A stretch of DNA of 64,000 nucleotides, from NCBI GenBank assembly GCA_030141605.1, contig JAQGDQ010000501.1, forward strand, positions 32,599-96,598, in the 5' to 3' direction. Below are positions 34,400 through 62,382 of this stretch, piece after piece. How positions within the stretch are numbered: the stretch's first letter is position 1; each line of letters starts with the position of its first letter. Made by a program: the position numbers and the translations under genes. Under the pieces are notes generated by a model, which was not told the origin of the DNA, did no database searches, and saw only the letters and a list, made by a program, of their open reading frames with translations. This DNA comes from Tubiluchus corallicola (Eukaryota > Animalia > Priapulida).

Positions 34400-35014
34400 G
34401 TGGCTTGGTTTAGTTGTTCACTTGTTGACTTCACAAAAATTTCCGAGCAAGGTTATGAACAACATGAAAGAGTCAGTTCTCAGTGAATTTTATGCAGACT
34501 TAACACGCCTTAAAATACCTGCATTATATGTTACATTTTAAAAAGTCGATTAAGTTGCAGGTATTATGCAGGTACCGTTATAGTAAAATAATATAATGTA
34601 ATGTAATATAATATTTATTTCCACTTCACATAGAACAGCTTTACAAATTTTTTTTCCAAAAAAGACACTCAAATTCTACACAATACACATGATAAAACAT
34701 TTCGTTTGTCTGGCTGAATTGAAAGAGACCTTGTGCATTATGACAAAGGAGTTGAAAGGGTTAGGTAAAGGTTAAATAGATCTAGCACTAGCTCTCTAGC
34801 GGTATACAAAAGTAAATTATATTATATGTTAGTTTTAAGCTAATAACCTGTTAAGAAATTTTGTCTCGTTGGACTGCTGTCACTTTGTAGCTTGGTAGTA
34901 CATTGCTTTAAAAGATATTGTTTGTCCTCAGTAACACGAAAATAAGTAATCTCTGAATTTCTTTTTAATGCTACAAACAGACTGAGCTTGTCTAATGTCT
35001 GTTGGAAATGTATT

Positions 35015-35120
35015 TAGATTAGATTAGATTAGATTAGATTAGATTAGATTAGATTAGATTAGATTAGATTAGATTAGATTAGATTAGATTAGATTAGATT
35101 AGATTAGATTAGATTAGATT
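35015..35120. repeat. (TTAGA)n pentanucleotide microsatellite
   Basis: About 21 perfect copies. Confidence 0.95.
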
Positions 35121-35341
35121 TCAAGACAAAACAACACAGAAGATTCCTTTGCCACGACAGCCACCCGTCTTGAGTAGATCAAACCACTGAACACTTAATT
35201 CCATGTTAGGTTGCACTGAACTGAATAAAAAATTGACCTAGTCCAACGTCAAAAACAAAACCTATATTTATTTACTATGACCTTATGTATGCAATTATCT
35301 TTGTTTTTCGAGCCAAGAGAGTTCAAGAGTTTAAGAGAGTT

Positions 35342-35344
35342 NNN
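35342..35344. other. Assembly gap (NNN)
   Basis: nnn in the sequence. Confidence 1.
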
Positions 35345-38310
35345 TTCATTTTCCACATTGCATCTTACAATTAACATTAAAATACAGATAATTTTCCATT
35401 TGAGTAAATATAAATATAAATATGAATAAATGCAGTATTATCAAGAAATTACAGAATGCGGGATACATGTGCAAATTTCATTACACAATAATTTTTTGAT
35501 GCATACAGTTTGAGCCTAAAAGCATAGCTTGACAGGCCAAACTGTATGTGGAAATCTTAAAAAAAAATGGGGGGAGTAGTGAATGAAAGATGAAATGGAG
35601 CGAGAACTAAGAAAAACTCTGAACATGGTTACAAAGTGTTCGGTATCCTGTTAAACATAGTCACGTTATATTAAGATTACTGTAGGAAAAAATGCTGGTT
35701 ATTACCATTATTAAATTGTGTTACTCTTAATACTTTTGAAATGTTTCTTTTCTGACGGTTTTTTTAAAAGTTAAAAGGGAGTGACTACATTTCGAATTGC
35801 GGCTTAGTCTGTTCCATAGGACTGGCCCCATATAGCTAATGAAGTGTTTCGCCATATTTGTTCTACAACGTCTTGGTATATATTCATTATGTCTGGTATT
35901 GTATTTTTTTTACATTTATCTTGACTGGATTTTCAAAAAAAGTTGGAAATAAGTTGTTGTTGGTTCTATACATGTATATACATCCATTAAAATTAATAAC
36001 ATCATCCAGAAGTAATATTTGACATTGCTTAAAATGTGTAGTAGTAATTGTGCTCCTTTTGTCTAGTTTGAAGATGACACGTAAAAATTTTCGTTGTAAA
36101 ACTCTTAAGCATTCTAAATTTGTAGTATAAGTAAAGCCCCATAATGTTGTGCAGTAATTTAAATATGATAATATTAAACTGTTGTATAATGTTAGAAGAT
36201 GTTCGGTGTTCAGAAAGTTTTTAATATATGAGATGATACCTATATTTTTTGATATTTTTAATCTGATCATGAATATATATGGTCGCCAGTCTAGATGCTC
36301 ATTCAGTATTAATCCCAGAAATTTCAGTTCTTTTACACGTGTAATTCTTTTGTGGTCTATTATTAAATCGTGGTTCGCCTGAATTGGTTTATTTCGGGAT
36401 CTAAACAGAATGTATTTTGTTTTTGATGAATTTAGTGAAAGTTTATTTGTTTTGAACCATATAGCTAGATCATGTAGAACTGTATTGATGTAATCAATAT
36501 TGGTTTCTATTTTATGAAAGCTAAAAAAATGCTTGTATCATCAGCAAACTGAAATAAATTGTGATTTTTAACACAAAATTTGATGTCATTAATATAAATT
36601 AGAAAAAGTAGTGGCCCAAGGACTGAGCCTTGGGGCACGCCACATTTGATTGGTGCTACATCTGAAAAAGCGTTATTGTATTTTACTGTCTGAGTGCGCC
36701 CTGTTAAATAATTCTTTAGACACATATGAGGCAAACCTCTGATACCTTAATAGTACAACTTATTTAGCAGAATGTCATGGTTTACTGTATCAAATGCTTT
36801 TGATAGGTCGCAAAATACTCCGTAGGATGTGCCATTTTTTTCAACAGTATTAATGATATTTTCTATAATTTTTGTTAAGGCCATTTCAGTGGAGCTACCT
36901 TTTCTGAAACCAAATTGTTTATTACTCAGAATTCTTTTTTTATTAAATAATGAGATAACTGATTGTAAAAAACTTTTTCTAATATTTTTGATATAAAAGG
37001 CAATAAGGACACTGGTCTATAATTGTTCAGAGACATGGGATCATTTGATTTAAACAAAGGAACAATAATTGATTCTTTCAATTTCGTTGGTATTTCACCT
37101 GTAAGAAAAGATAAATTAATTAAATATTGCAAAGGTTTAGAGATGTAGTCGATGGTGTCTATTACGACTTTAGGTAACATTTTGTCCTTACCAGGACCTT
37201 TATTCCGATTAAACGATTTACAAGTATTTATTATATCATTTTCTGTTACTGCACTAATAAAAAAGCTTTGTCGGTAGGTACCTTTAAGATATGTACATGG
37301 ATTTATGTTTGTGTTTTCAATTTGTTCTGATAATATTGGTCCAATATTGGCAAAGCAATCATTAAAAGCATTTGCCACCTCTACATTATTTTTAATTAAT
37401 TTATTGTTTATGAACAACGTAATGGGTCGATTTTGTCTTTCTTTATGCATAATTTCTTTCATTGTATCCCATGTCTTTTTTATGTTATCTTTAACTGTCA
37501 TCAATCTATCCCTATAATACTGACATTTTGATGCTTTTATAACTGTATTAAGTTCATTTCTATATCGTTTGTATTCTACTTCAGATACGTCATTATTTGT
37601 CTTGTTCACCAGAGAACGATACATTTTATTTTTCCGCTTAACACTTACTAAAAGTGCTGTAGTGATCCAAGGTTTTTTTGCTACTTGATGACTGTTATTG
37701 CTTTTCTGTAGTTTAATATGTTTATTATAAATATCAGAAAGCTTAGTATGAAATAAATTGTATGCGTCTTCAGTATTAGTTGCAGAATATAAATCTGACC
37801 AGTCACATTGATTTAAATCTTGGATAATTTTGTTTTTTATATGAACATTATAAATATGTTTGCGCACGTATTCCTTACTGTATGTTTCAATTTTGAGATC
37901 AATAATTAGAAAAATTGGGAGGTGATCTGTTATATCTGTTAGAAAAATACCTGATTTATACTTATAATCTAGTGCATTAGTAAATATATTATCAATTAGT
38001 GTTGCTGAATAAGGCGTAATTCTTGTTGGTCTTGTAACAGTAGGAAACAGATAATTGGTCAGCATTGTGTCTAAAAAGTGTCCGGTTTCGTTCTGAGAAG
38101 CGTGGTTTATTAAATTTATATTATAGTCTCCTAGTAAGAAAATATGTTTGTTTTGTCTATTAACAATTGCCATAGTGTTCTGTATTTTGTCTGTAAAATG
38201 GTTAGGATTTTCACCAGGTGGTCTATATATTACTCCCATTATTGTATTTTTATTCTTGCTGCGTAATTCAATGAAAAGTGATTCTATGTCTGGATCATTG
38301 ATGTGGCATA
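35345..38310 (-). mobile_element. 5'-truncated, degenerate CR1/L2-group LINE (endonuclease + reverse transcriptase)
   Basis: GVIYRPP, LLGDYNINL, PTR..TLIDNIF, TDHLPIF, NYRPVSLL, DLSKAFDTV, GVPQGSVLGPLLFLIYIND and FADDT motifs, broken by stops and frameshifts. Its 3' UTR recurs in the opposite orientation at ~49740-50050. Confidence 0.92.
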
Positions 38311-38743
38311 GGTTTTACCTAACACTTGAGAACTAAAAATGAACACAACAGGTAAACAATTAATCCAAGTTTACATAATGAACTGCAGCAGTAGGCGATA
38401 TGAGAATAAAACACAACTCGCACATTTTGCGCCATTCACAAAAAGAGAAAACTACAATATGGGAAATCGAAAACATGTGAGAGGGAGAGAGACAGACAGA
38501 CAGAGAGAGAGTGAACCGTATGATAAATAAAACATTTAGTGCTACAGAATGGAATGGTGTAATGAATGATGCTCATATATGAGTTGATATAAAAGATAGA
38601 TAGATAGTTAAGATGAAATAATAGACAAAGAGAGAGAAAAACAGGAGAGAAATGAAATAGAAAGGAGTCCAATTTTACACAGTGTGTCGCTTTTGACGCT
38701 GTAGTCACTGCGTCAGCGCCATCACTTCATATTTTCTACTTAC

Positions 38744-53668
<14,925 letters not shown>

Positions 53669-53862
53669 GATAGTCCAGAGAAGCAAAGCGCAGCGATTGA
53701 CACTAAAGCTTAGCGTAACTGTGAGAGTCAAGCATCTATTGATATACGAACCCCTCGGGACATGCAAGCGTGTTATAACTGTGTATGAGACTTTGTCTGT
53801 ACCGTTACAGTTAGACTGGTGGTATCGTAAATTAAGACGCGTATCTCCCCCCCTTTCTCTCC

Positions 53863-54048
<186 letters not shown>

Positions 54049-54468
54049 ATCTATCACTCTTCTCTGCTCACATTTCTTTCCTTTTTTTAAAGTCCACTCG
54101 TTTCTCCCTCCCACGCGTCTGTCGCTTTTCAATTCTTTCCTCAGGCCTGATTTCACAACAAAGTATCGCCAGAAGTTCCGTGTCGCAGAAAACGCTAAAG
54201 GTCAACATAAAAATTTCGCAGAAAGAGCGCCATCTGTTGGGAAAAAATATCGAAATATCAATACTGCCAACACATTTGTTAGACTTGGTGGCTATAACAG
54301 AAATATAGCAATTTATTATAGCAAATTTTGAGTTTACAAGTTTCAACATGAATATACAGAAATACAATATGAGTAGCAACATATTTTAAAGAATTTGCTT
54401 CGTTAGCAATATGCAACTCGCACAAATTACAAGGTCAGCAATCATTCGCCTACATATCGTCCGAGAGT

Positions 54469-57400
54469 CTAAAATCTGAAAAACAAAAATAAAGACGTCA
54501 TCAATGACAATAACGGTGCAGCAACACATGCGCCATCTTTAGAGTATCCGACACACTGCCAACACGTGAACCTGTTCTCCGGATCCCACTTCCTCTTGAT
54601 CTCTAACAACTTTTCATATTTAGTTTCATCCCAGAATTCCTCTGCTATGTCTTCCACAACTCGACTTGGTTCATTGTAGTAACTGCCACGTCCATGCTTC
54701 TTCATCATCGGCCGCCATTCTTCGTTCATGAAGCGGACACTTCGCGCTTCCGCTTCTGCTTCTTCCCACCAGTTGGCAGCACACGTCGAGTGCCACAAAG
54801 CATTTCTAAACTGTACTCCAATTGGAGTATCGCTTTGATTAACATAGCTTGTATTGGCTGCACCACCCAGGTGGACCATCATGCAACTCACAGACACGTA
54901 GCGTTCGCCACGCAAAGATACATCTATGAACAGTTCGGAAAGATCTTCTGCAAAGTTTCTAGTGAAAAACTCCGGCTGAGAAAACCGACCGTCAAGGTAG
55001 AGTGGAACGTTCAATATGTCCGAAACGTTTTTCTGGTAATCCCAAAAGCTTGGATAATTCTGAAAGATGCAGGGAAATGGACGATACTTTGCTCCCATGT
55101 ACTTAAGAGGATCAAAAAGTTTCTTTTCTTTTCTCGATGCCTTACCGTTATGCAACATTAAGAAAGTTACAGTTCCCTGGTTAAACACCCCATATTCTGT
55201 GGAATACGTGGGAGGTTGCAGCAAAACGTAGCCACCCCACTCAGGTGGCAGGGAAAGTAAAACCTGCTCAAAATAGACTGTCAACACGTCTTTTAGGTAG
55301 TTTTCCTTGCCGTCTTTAGATATGACATAGAAGTTACAGTACATGGATGTGTACCCATCCCTTTCCGACTGCAACTGCACGATGTATTCTGTTGCAATTC
55401 CAAAAACTCCACCGCCTCCACGAATGGCATAGAATAGATCAGTGTCGTCTGTTACCTCAACCTGAAAGGAAGCAAATCAATTATAGCACGTTTCTGTTGA
55501 AGATGAATTCATCTTCACTGATAAAAAAGCTGTTTCCAAAAGACGGTTTTACACGTACAGACTCTACAGTAGTAGATATCATACGAAAAGCTTACAGGTT
55601 GTAAAAGGAACAAGAAAGAGATCCTTTATTCCAGGCACACAGCGGATTGGGAATGCAGTGCCTGTTTAGCTGTATTATAACAAATCGTTAACTGGACAAT
55701 GGGTCTCTCTAGGTGTATGGTGAACTTCCAGCCTTAGCTACACTGGACAATGGCTCTCTGCAGATGTTTGATGAAGTTCCAGCCTTAACTACATTGGTCA
55801 ATGGCTCTCTGTAGATGTTTTGATGAACTTCCAGCCTTAGCTACACTGGACAATGGCTCTCTGCAGATGTTTGATGAAGTTCCAGCCTTAACTACATTGG
55901 TCAATGGCTCTCTGTAGATGTTTTGATGAACTTCCAGCCTTAGCTACATTGGTCAATGGCTCCCTGCAGACGTTTTGATGAACTTCCAGCCTTAGCTACA
56001 TTGGACAATGGCTCTCTGCAGATGTTTGATGAAGTTCCAGCCTTAACTACATTGGTCAATGGCTCTCTGTAGATGTTTTGATGAACTTCCAGCCTTAGCT
56101 ACACTGGACAATGTCTCTCTGCAGATGTTTTGATGAACTTCCAGCCTTAGCTACACTGGACAAAGGCTCTCTGCAGATGTTTTGATGAACTTCCAGCCTT
56201 AGCTACATTGGACAATGACTCTCTGCAGACGTTTTGATGAACTTCCAGCCTTAGCTACATTGGACAATGGCTCTCTACAGATGTTTGATGAAGTTCCAGC
56301 CTTAACTACATTAGACAATGGCTCTCTGCAGACGTTTTGATGAACTTCCAGCCTTAGCTACATTGGATAATGGCTCTCTGCAGATGTCTGGTGAACTTGC
56401 TATATTACGTACACTGGACAAAGGCTAAAACTAGAAATACTAAAAATTACTACATACAAAATGTGAGTAAAAGCATTCAAAAAATTTAGAATGTCATTAA
56501 GAAGTTAAGACATTAACCCATAATTTAAGAAAATTTAGATTTAAAATACACATCAGAGTTTACAATAGAAAGTAAAAATTTGTCATCGGTATTAAAAACT
56601 TGTTGCCTTTTACAGTAGCATTTTTTTCTCAAATGCAAGAAATGTGGTAGATTAAGATTAACACAAATGCAGTATAATCAATCCTAAATGAAAATAGTTT
56701 ACGAATTTAATTATTATAAGCAACTTTTAGTTTCTTCAACACATCCTACCTTCCCATTTTTGTCTTCCTTTACTAGCGTGCTTTTAGTTTCTTCAACACA
56801 TCCTACCTTCCCATTTTTGTCTTCCTTTATTATCGTGCTTTTAGTTTCTTCAACACATCCTACCTTCCCACTTTTGCTTTCCTTTACTAGCGTGCTTTTA
56901 GTTTCTTCAACACATCCTACCTTCCCACTTTTGTCTTCCTTTACTAGCGTGCTTTTAGTTTCTTCAACACATCCTACCTTCCCACTCTTGTCTTCCTTTA
57001 CTAGCGTGCTTTTAGTTTCTTCAACACATCCTACCTGCCCACTTTTGCTTTCCTTTACTAGCGTGCTTTTAGTTTCTTCAACACATCCTACCTTTCCATT
57101 TTTGTCTTCCTTTACTAGCGTGCTTTTAGTTTCTTCAACACATCCTACCTTCCCATTTTTGTCTTCCTTTATTATCGTGCTTTTAGTTTCTTCAAGAAAT
57201 GTGGTAGATTAAGATTAACACAAATGCAGTATAATCAATCCTAAATGAAAATAGTTTACGAATTTAATTATTATAAGCAACTTTTAGTTTCTTCAACACA
57301 TCCTACCTTCCCATTTTTGTCTTCCTTTACTAGCGTGCTTTTAGTTTCTTCAACACATCCTACCTTCCCATTTTTGTCTTCCTTTATTATCGTGCTTTTA

Positions 57401-60400
57401 GTTTCTTCAACACATCCTACCTTCCCACTTTTGCTTTCCTTTACTAGCGTGCTTTTAGTTTCTTCAACACATCCTACCTTCCCACTTTTGTCTTCCTTTA
57501 CTAGCGTGCTTTTAGTTTCTTCAACACATCCTACCTTCCCACTCTTGTCTTCCTTTACTAGCGTGCTTTTAGTTTCTTCAACACATCCTACCTGCCCACT
57601 TTTGCTTTCCTTTACTAGCGTGCTTTTAGTTTCTTCAACACATCCTACCTTCCCACTTTTGTCTTCCTTTACTAGCGTGCTTTTAGTTTCTTCAACACAT
57701 CCTACCTTCCCACTTTTGTCTTCCTTTACTAGCGTGCTTTTAGTTTCTTCAACACATCCTACCTTCCCACTCTTGTCTTCCTTTACTAGCGTGCTTTTAG
57801 TTTCTTCAACACATCTTACCTTCCCATCTTTGTCTTCCTTTATTAGCGTGCTTTTAGTTTCTTCAACACATCCTACCTTCCCACTCTTGTCTTCCTTTAC
57901 TAGCGTGCTTTTAGTTTCTTCAACACATCCTACCTTCCCACTTTTGTCTTCCTTTACTAGCGTGCTTTTAGTTTCTTCAACACATCCTACCTCCCCACTT
58001 TTGTCTTCCTTCACTAGCGTGCTTTTAGTTTCTTCAACACATCCTACCTTCCCACTTTTGTCTTCCTTTACTAGCGTGCTTTTAGTTTCTTCAACACATC
58101 CTACCTTCCCACTTTTGTCTTCCTTCACTAGCGTGCTTTTAGTTTCTTCAACACATCCTACTTTCCCACTTTTGTCTTCCTTTACTAGCGTGCTTTTAGT
58201 TTCTTCAACACATCCTACCTTCCCACTTTTGTCTTCCTTTACTAGCGTGCTTTTAGTTTCTTCAACACATCCTACCTTCCCACTTTTGTCTTCCTTTACT
58301 AGCGTGCTTTTAGTTTCTTCAACACATCCTACCTTCCCATCTTTGTCTTCCTTTACTAGCGTGCTTTTAGTTTCTTCAACACATCCTACCTTCCCACTTT
58401 TGTCTTCCTTTACTAGCGTGCTTTTAGTTTCTTCAACACATCCTACCTTCCCACTTTTGTCTTCCTTTACTAGCGTGCTTTTAGTTTCTTCAACACATCC
58501 TACCTTCCCACTCTTGCTTTCCTTTACTAGCGTGCTTTTAGTTTCTTCAACACATCCTACCTTCCCACTTTTGTCTTCCTTTACTGTTGTGCTTTTAGTT
58601 TCTTCAACACATCCTACCTTCCCACTTTTGTCTTCCTTTACTAGCGTGCTTGCATTCACTGTAACAATGCTTCCATCAGCAGTGACTAGAGTTGCACCTA
58701 GAAGGTTGTCAGCACCTAATCCAAGTGTTCTAGTGTTTGGACTGTGTCCACCACCCATGAGGAAACCACCCATGGCAACAGTCGGGCAACTGCCACCAGG
58801 CGCCAGCATTCCGTGTTTGTGAGCCTGTAAAAATTGAAGAGATGAAAGGGACACAACAACAACAGCAGTGGCAGCAACAGCGACAGCAAAAAGACAAAGT
58901 TATCCACAGCCAGTATATATTAATTCTTTATCTGTCATTAAAATGGTTCACTCATTTTAATAAATGTGTCCAGTGCAGATTATGCAAAACTAAAGTGTAA
59001 AACTATGGTCTAATTATATACAAAAAATGGACATATTTACAAACACGATATTAAAATATCTTTACGAAACAATATTACATTAAATCTTACATGACATTTG
59101 CACTATATATGCTTGTACATTTGACATGGCACGATTAACATAACAAGGAATTACATTACATAAATTTTGTATTTTTACTCATTTTGTACAGATCAGAGGC
59201 TGGGTTAGATGAAGGTTGAATCTATGTAATTGGTATAAGATTTGCAAGTTGAAACCTGTTATATTGATATTTTATAAATTTTAAACTTGTGGAGAGGTTT
59301 TGTTTGTTTTATTTCACTTAGTAGTAAGTTTCATAACGAGATTCCAGTAAGACAATGAGGATAAGAAAAACTGAAAAAATAATTTCATCAAAACATTTTT
59401 AAGTGAGAAACTAAAAAGTCAACGTCTAACGTGTAAAAAATACACAAAGTTTCTTCTTGTCAAATGCAGATGTTAAGATTGCAAGAACGTAACTAAAAAT
59501 CTTTATTATCTTTAATTTTTTAAAGAGATTGAAAAAATGTTTACATTTCAGGCTAGGTATTGTTATTAATAGTTATACTTGTTACAGTGGTGTCAATCAT
59601 TGCCAAAAGCGAGTTAGGCTAACGTACGTACTAACCTCTTCATGCAGCTGGTAATTTGTGACGCCAGGCTGCGCCACTACGTAAGCTCCTGTTTTTGGCG
59701 ACACCTCGTAGTCGTTTGTGTAAACTGTGGCTGCCTTCATCTCACTCAAGTTAATTATAACACCATCATCATTTGCTGAACGTCCAATGTAGGAGTGACC
59801 AGACGAATATGCCGTCATTTTAATGTTGAACTTCAAAGCGAACAAGACTGCCTTTTGCACGTCACTCGTTTCAGTTGCTAATACAATCAGTGCTGGTTGC
59901 CTTTAGAAAAACAAAACAACTAATGTTGCTTCCAATAGAACCAAGTTATAATATTGTCATATCATGTCAACTTAAATGAAGAACCTAGCCACTGGGGGGG
60001 GGGGGGGGTTGGCAAGCCAACCCAACTTAGTGCCGGTCCCAAGCCCGGATAAATAGGGAGGGTTAGGGTCAGGAAGGGCATCCGCCTGTAAAAACTGCGG
60101 CAAAACCTTCTATGAATGAGTCGGTGAGACTTAAAGGTAAAGTCCACAAAGAAGTGGTCAGACCCGCTCTAATCTATGGGCTGGAAGCAGCTTCTCTAAA
60201 GAAGACCGAAGAGAATGGGTGGAGATGAGGATGTTGAGATGGATGGTGGGAATAACAAGAAGAGATAAAATTAGAAATAATAATATCAGAGGAACAGTAA
60301 AAGTAGTGGAAGCCTCGCAAGATTGCGATGGTATGGACACCTGAAAAGAAGAGTCGGTGAAGATCATGTGGGAAGGGAAGACATAAATGAAGAGATGGTC

Positions 60401-61237
60401 AACAACAGGAATGCGTGGAGAAGACTCATTCACAACGGCGACCCCGCATAGGGAAAAGCTGGGAAGAAGAAGAAGAAGATGTCAACTTAAATGAAGACAA
60501 AATGATTTTTCATACATTACCCCATTTCCAAGTAGGGTAAAAACTAGACATTTTAACACAATGTCAAAACGTTTCTGATAATTAGATAATAGATTTAAAA
60601 CTTAATTAACGGCAGATGAGTTCAACTATTGATGACATCACAAACTATTATAATTTTCAACAGCAAAAATCGTGCACGTGTTTGCAAAAGTGAAAATTGA
60701 AGTACAGTGCTACTGTAAGATATTCAGTGTGTTGTGCTAAAATTCGGCAAGTTTTAAGATAAAAATTCAAATTTACCGTTGTGCTCCCGCATGAGCTGTC
60801 GAACGTGTGTAGTTCTTCACAAACTAATATATCTGAACTGAGAGGTACAGCGCCTGTTTTTGCGCAACGCATTCCAAACTGCAGGCTCTAAATTATTAAA
60901 ATGTCACCAGACTATTGTTAATCTAGATTTCTAGTGTCAACCAAATAAGAACGATCGTCATTTAAACTCAAACTGAGACATTCTGAAAGAATTCATGATC
61001 TTACGATTTCTTTATCAACGTTTACCTCTTTTCTCTTGGATTGTTCATGTGGTCTTTCTGCTGGAAAAGAGCTCCCATGTCTCTCGTTAATACCGACGCT
61101 CCGTCCGAAAGATTTTGTCGAAATTTCTGAATTTCTGCATCACTGGGCCAGCACTTCTCACCCGGAATGCAATACTTAGCGGAGTTTGTTTGCAAAAAAA
61201 TCAATGCCAAAACGAACAGCAACAATGACTTCGCCAT
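54469..61237 (-). CDS. Secreted, probably GPI-anchored BBE-like FAD-linked oxidase (VAO/PCMH fold), four exons, ~558 aa using the first exon-3 donor
   Basis: Exons: 61237-61026 (signal peptide, CIPGEKCWPS), 59900-59636 (QPALIV..DVQKAVLFA..SSGHSYIGRS), 58824-58618 (GGSCPTVAMGGFLMGGGHS..GLGADNLL..LVTADG), 55461-54469 (DLFYAIRGGGG.FGI..; BBE motif GSYYNE..FW..YEKLLEIKRKWDPENRF; hydrophobic C-terminal tail). Intron phases 2, 0, 0 are consistent. Confidence 0.9.
55692..56422. repeat. 51-52-bp minisatellite (~14 copies) in oxidase intron 3
   Basis: Unit CTTCCAGCCTTAGCTACACTGGACAATGGCTCTCTGCAGATGTTTTGATGAA, with variants. Confidence 0.9.
56636..58650 (-). repeat. 57-bp tandem array of the exon 3/intron 3 junction (24 copies in ~57281-58650) plus a 557-bp duplicate carrying ~8 more copies
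   Basis: Unit on the minus strand: AGCACGCTAGTAAAGGAAGACAAAAGTGGGAAG|GTAGGATGTGTTGAAGAAACTAAA = STLVKEDKSGKVGCVEETK. Confidence 0.95.
59983..60478 (+). mobile_element. Internally deleted RTE-clade (Rex3/Expander-like) retroposon with TSD
   Basis: 19-bp TSD ATGTCAACTTAAATGAAGA (59964-59982, 60479-60497); RTE-type 5' segment AGTGCCGGTCCCAAGCCCGGATAAA..GGAAGGGCATCC; ORF2 remnants (LKGKVHKEVVRPALIYG, EMRMLRW, RWYGHL); (GAA)n tail. Confidence 0.85.
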
Positions 61238-61882
61238 ACTGTTTATTGTTTGAACTTCAGAGTGCTGTCAAATCTGCCAATCTCTAAGAACAACGTGCAT
61301 AACTGATACCATTTTTTCATATGACAACAAACTACTTATGGGTTAAGAGTAACTCTTGCGGTATAAACCATGTCAATATATAAAAAATAATATATAATAT
61401 AAATATAAAAAATACAAAAAATAATTAAGAACCTTTACTACATTTGTGGAAACTTTGTTTTGTCTACAAGTCGTAATTATGGACAAACAAAGCAAAACAC
61501 AAATCAGAAATTGATACGTTTCAAAGAAGAAACTATATAAAAACTTTATTTATTTTGAGTGGATTTACAACACAGTAACTATTACGGATCACAGTATTTC
61601 CACTATGTGCAGTAATGAAATAGACAATTAGTTAGTTCGAGTATGTAATAACTCAAAATAGTTCATTCATAAATACGACTAGTTCATTAGTTAATACTTA
61701 CGTAGTTAAAATTTACAAAACCCATACAATCGATACGATAACAGAAACGATTCTCGATGTACATAAGCCTATAAGCCATGCAAAGCATAAATTGTACATT
61801 GTAATGCATAATTTTGCTGCTTAATTCAGAAATCCAGGATGTGGAATTAATATAAAGAAGAAACTACAGGAACGTTCTAGGG

Positions 61883-62382
61883 CAGGGGTGTGCAAATTGC
61901 GGTCCGCGGGCCACTTGCTGCCCACCGAGAGAATTTGTGCGGCCCGCGAAGAGATTTGTGAACCTAATGAAAGTGCGGCCCTGGCGATTAATTGAGCGTA
62001 TCCAGCTGAAGTCCGTGCCACGATCCCAAAGATAGTGCGGGTAGTTTTTTCTACTAGATCGGATGCCATTAACCCTTACAAGACGGTTGTAGCTTAATTT
62101 CACTGTACTACACAGACTGTGTGATACACATTACTAATATGCATTGTAATGAAATTACCACTATCTGTCCTGAAAGTAGAAATATATGGTTTGTAATATA
62201 AATTTTAATAACTTCTAAAATAGTTTCTTGAGTGTAGTAGTAATGATGTACGCAGGTCGGATGCAAAAAAATCGTTATTAGGCCTTTCTGTACTTGGCTC
62301 CTTGATCAAACTGCCCGTGGCCCACAGGAATTGCGAGAAAGTTTAATGTGGCCCAGCTAGTCAGATAATTTGCACACCCCTG
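61883..62382. mobile_element. hAT-type MITE (500 bp)
   Basis: TIRs CAGGGGTGTGCAAATT / AATTTGCACACCCCTG; 8-bp TSD TTCTAGGG / TTCTAGGA (1 mismatch). Confidence 0.88.

Noticed and set aside
35015-35120. (TTAGA)n as a possible telomeric repeat
   Set aside because: Short and interstitial, and not TTAGG or TTAGGG; treated as a microsatellite.
57245-58822. 525-aa plus-strand ORF (LLVSSTHPTFP repeats) and its 56688-57212 copy
   Set aside because: Antisense shadow of the 57-bp array; the conserved oxidase motifs are on the minus strand.
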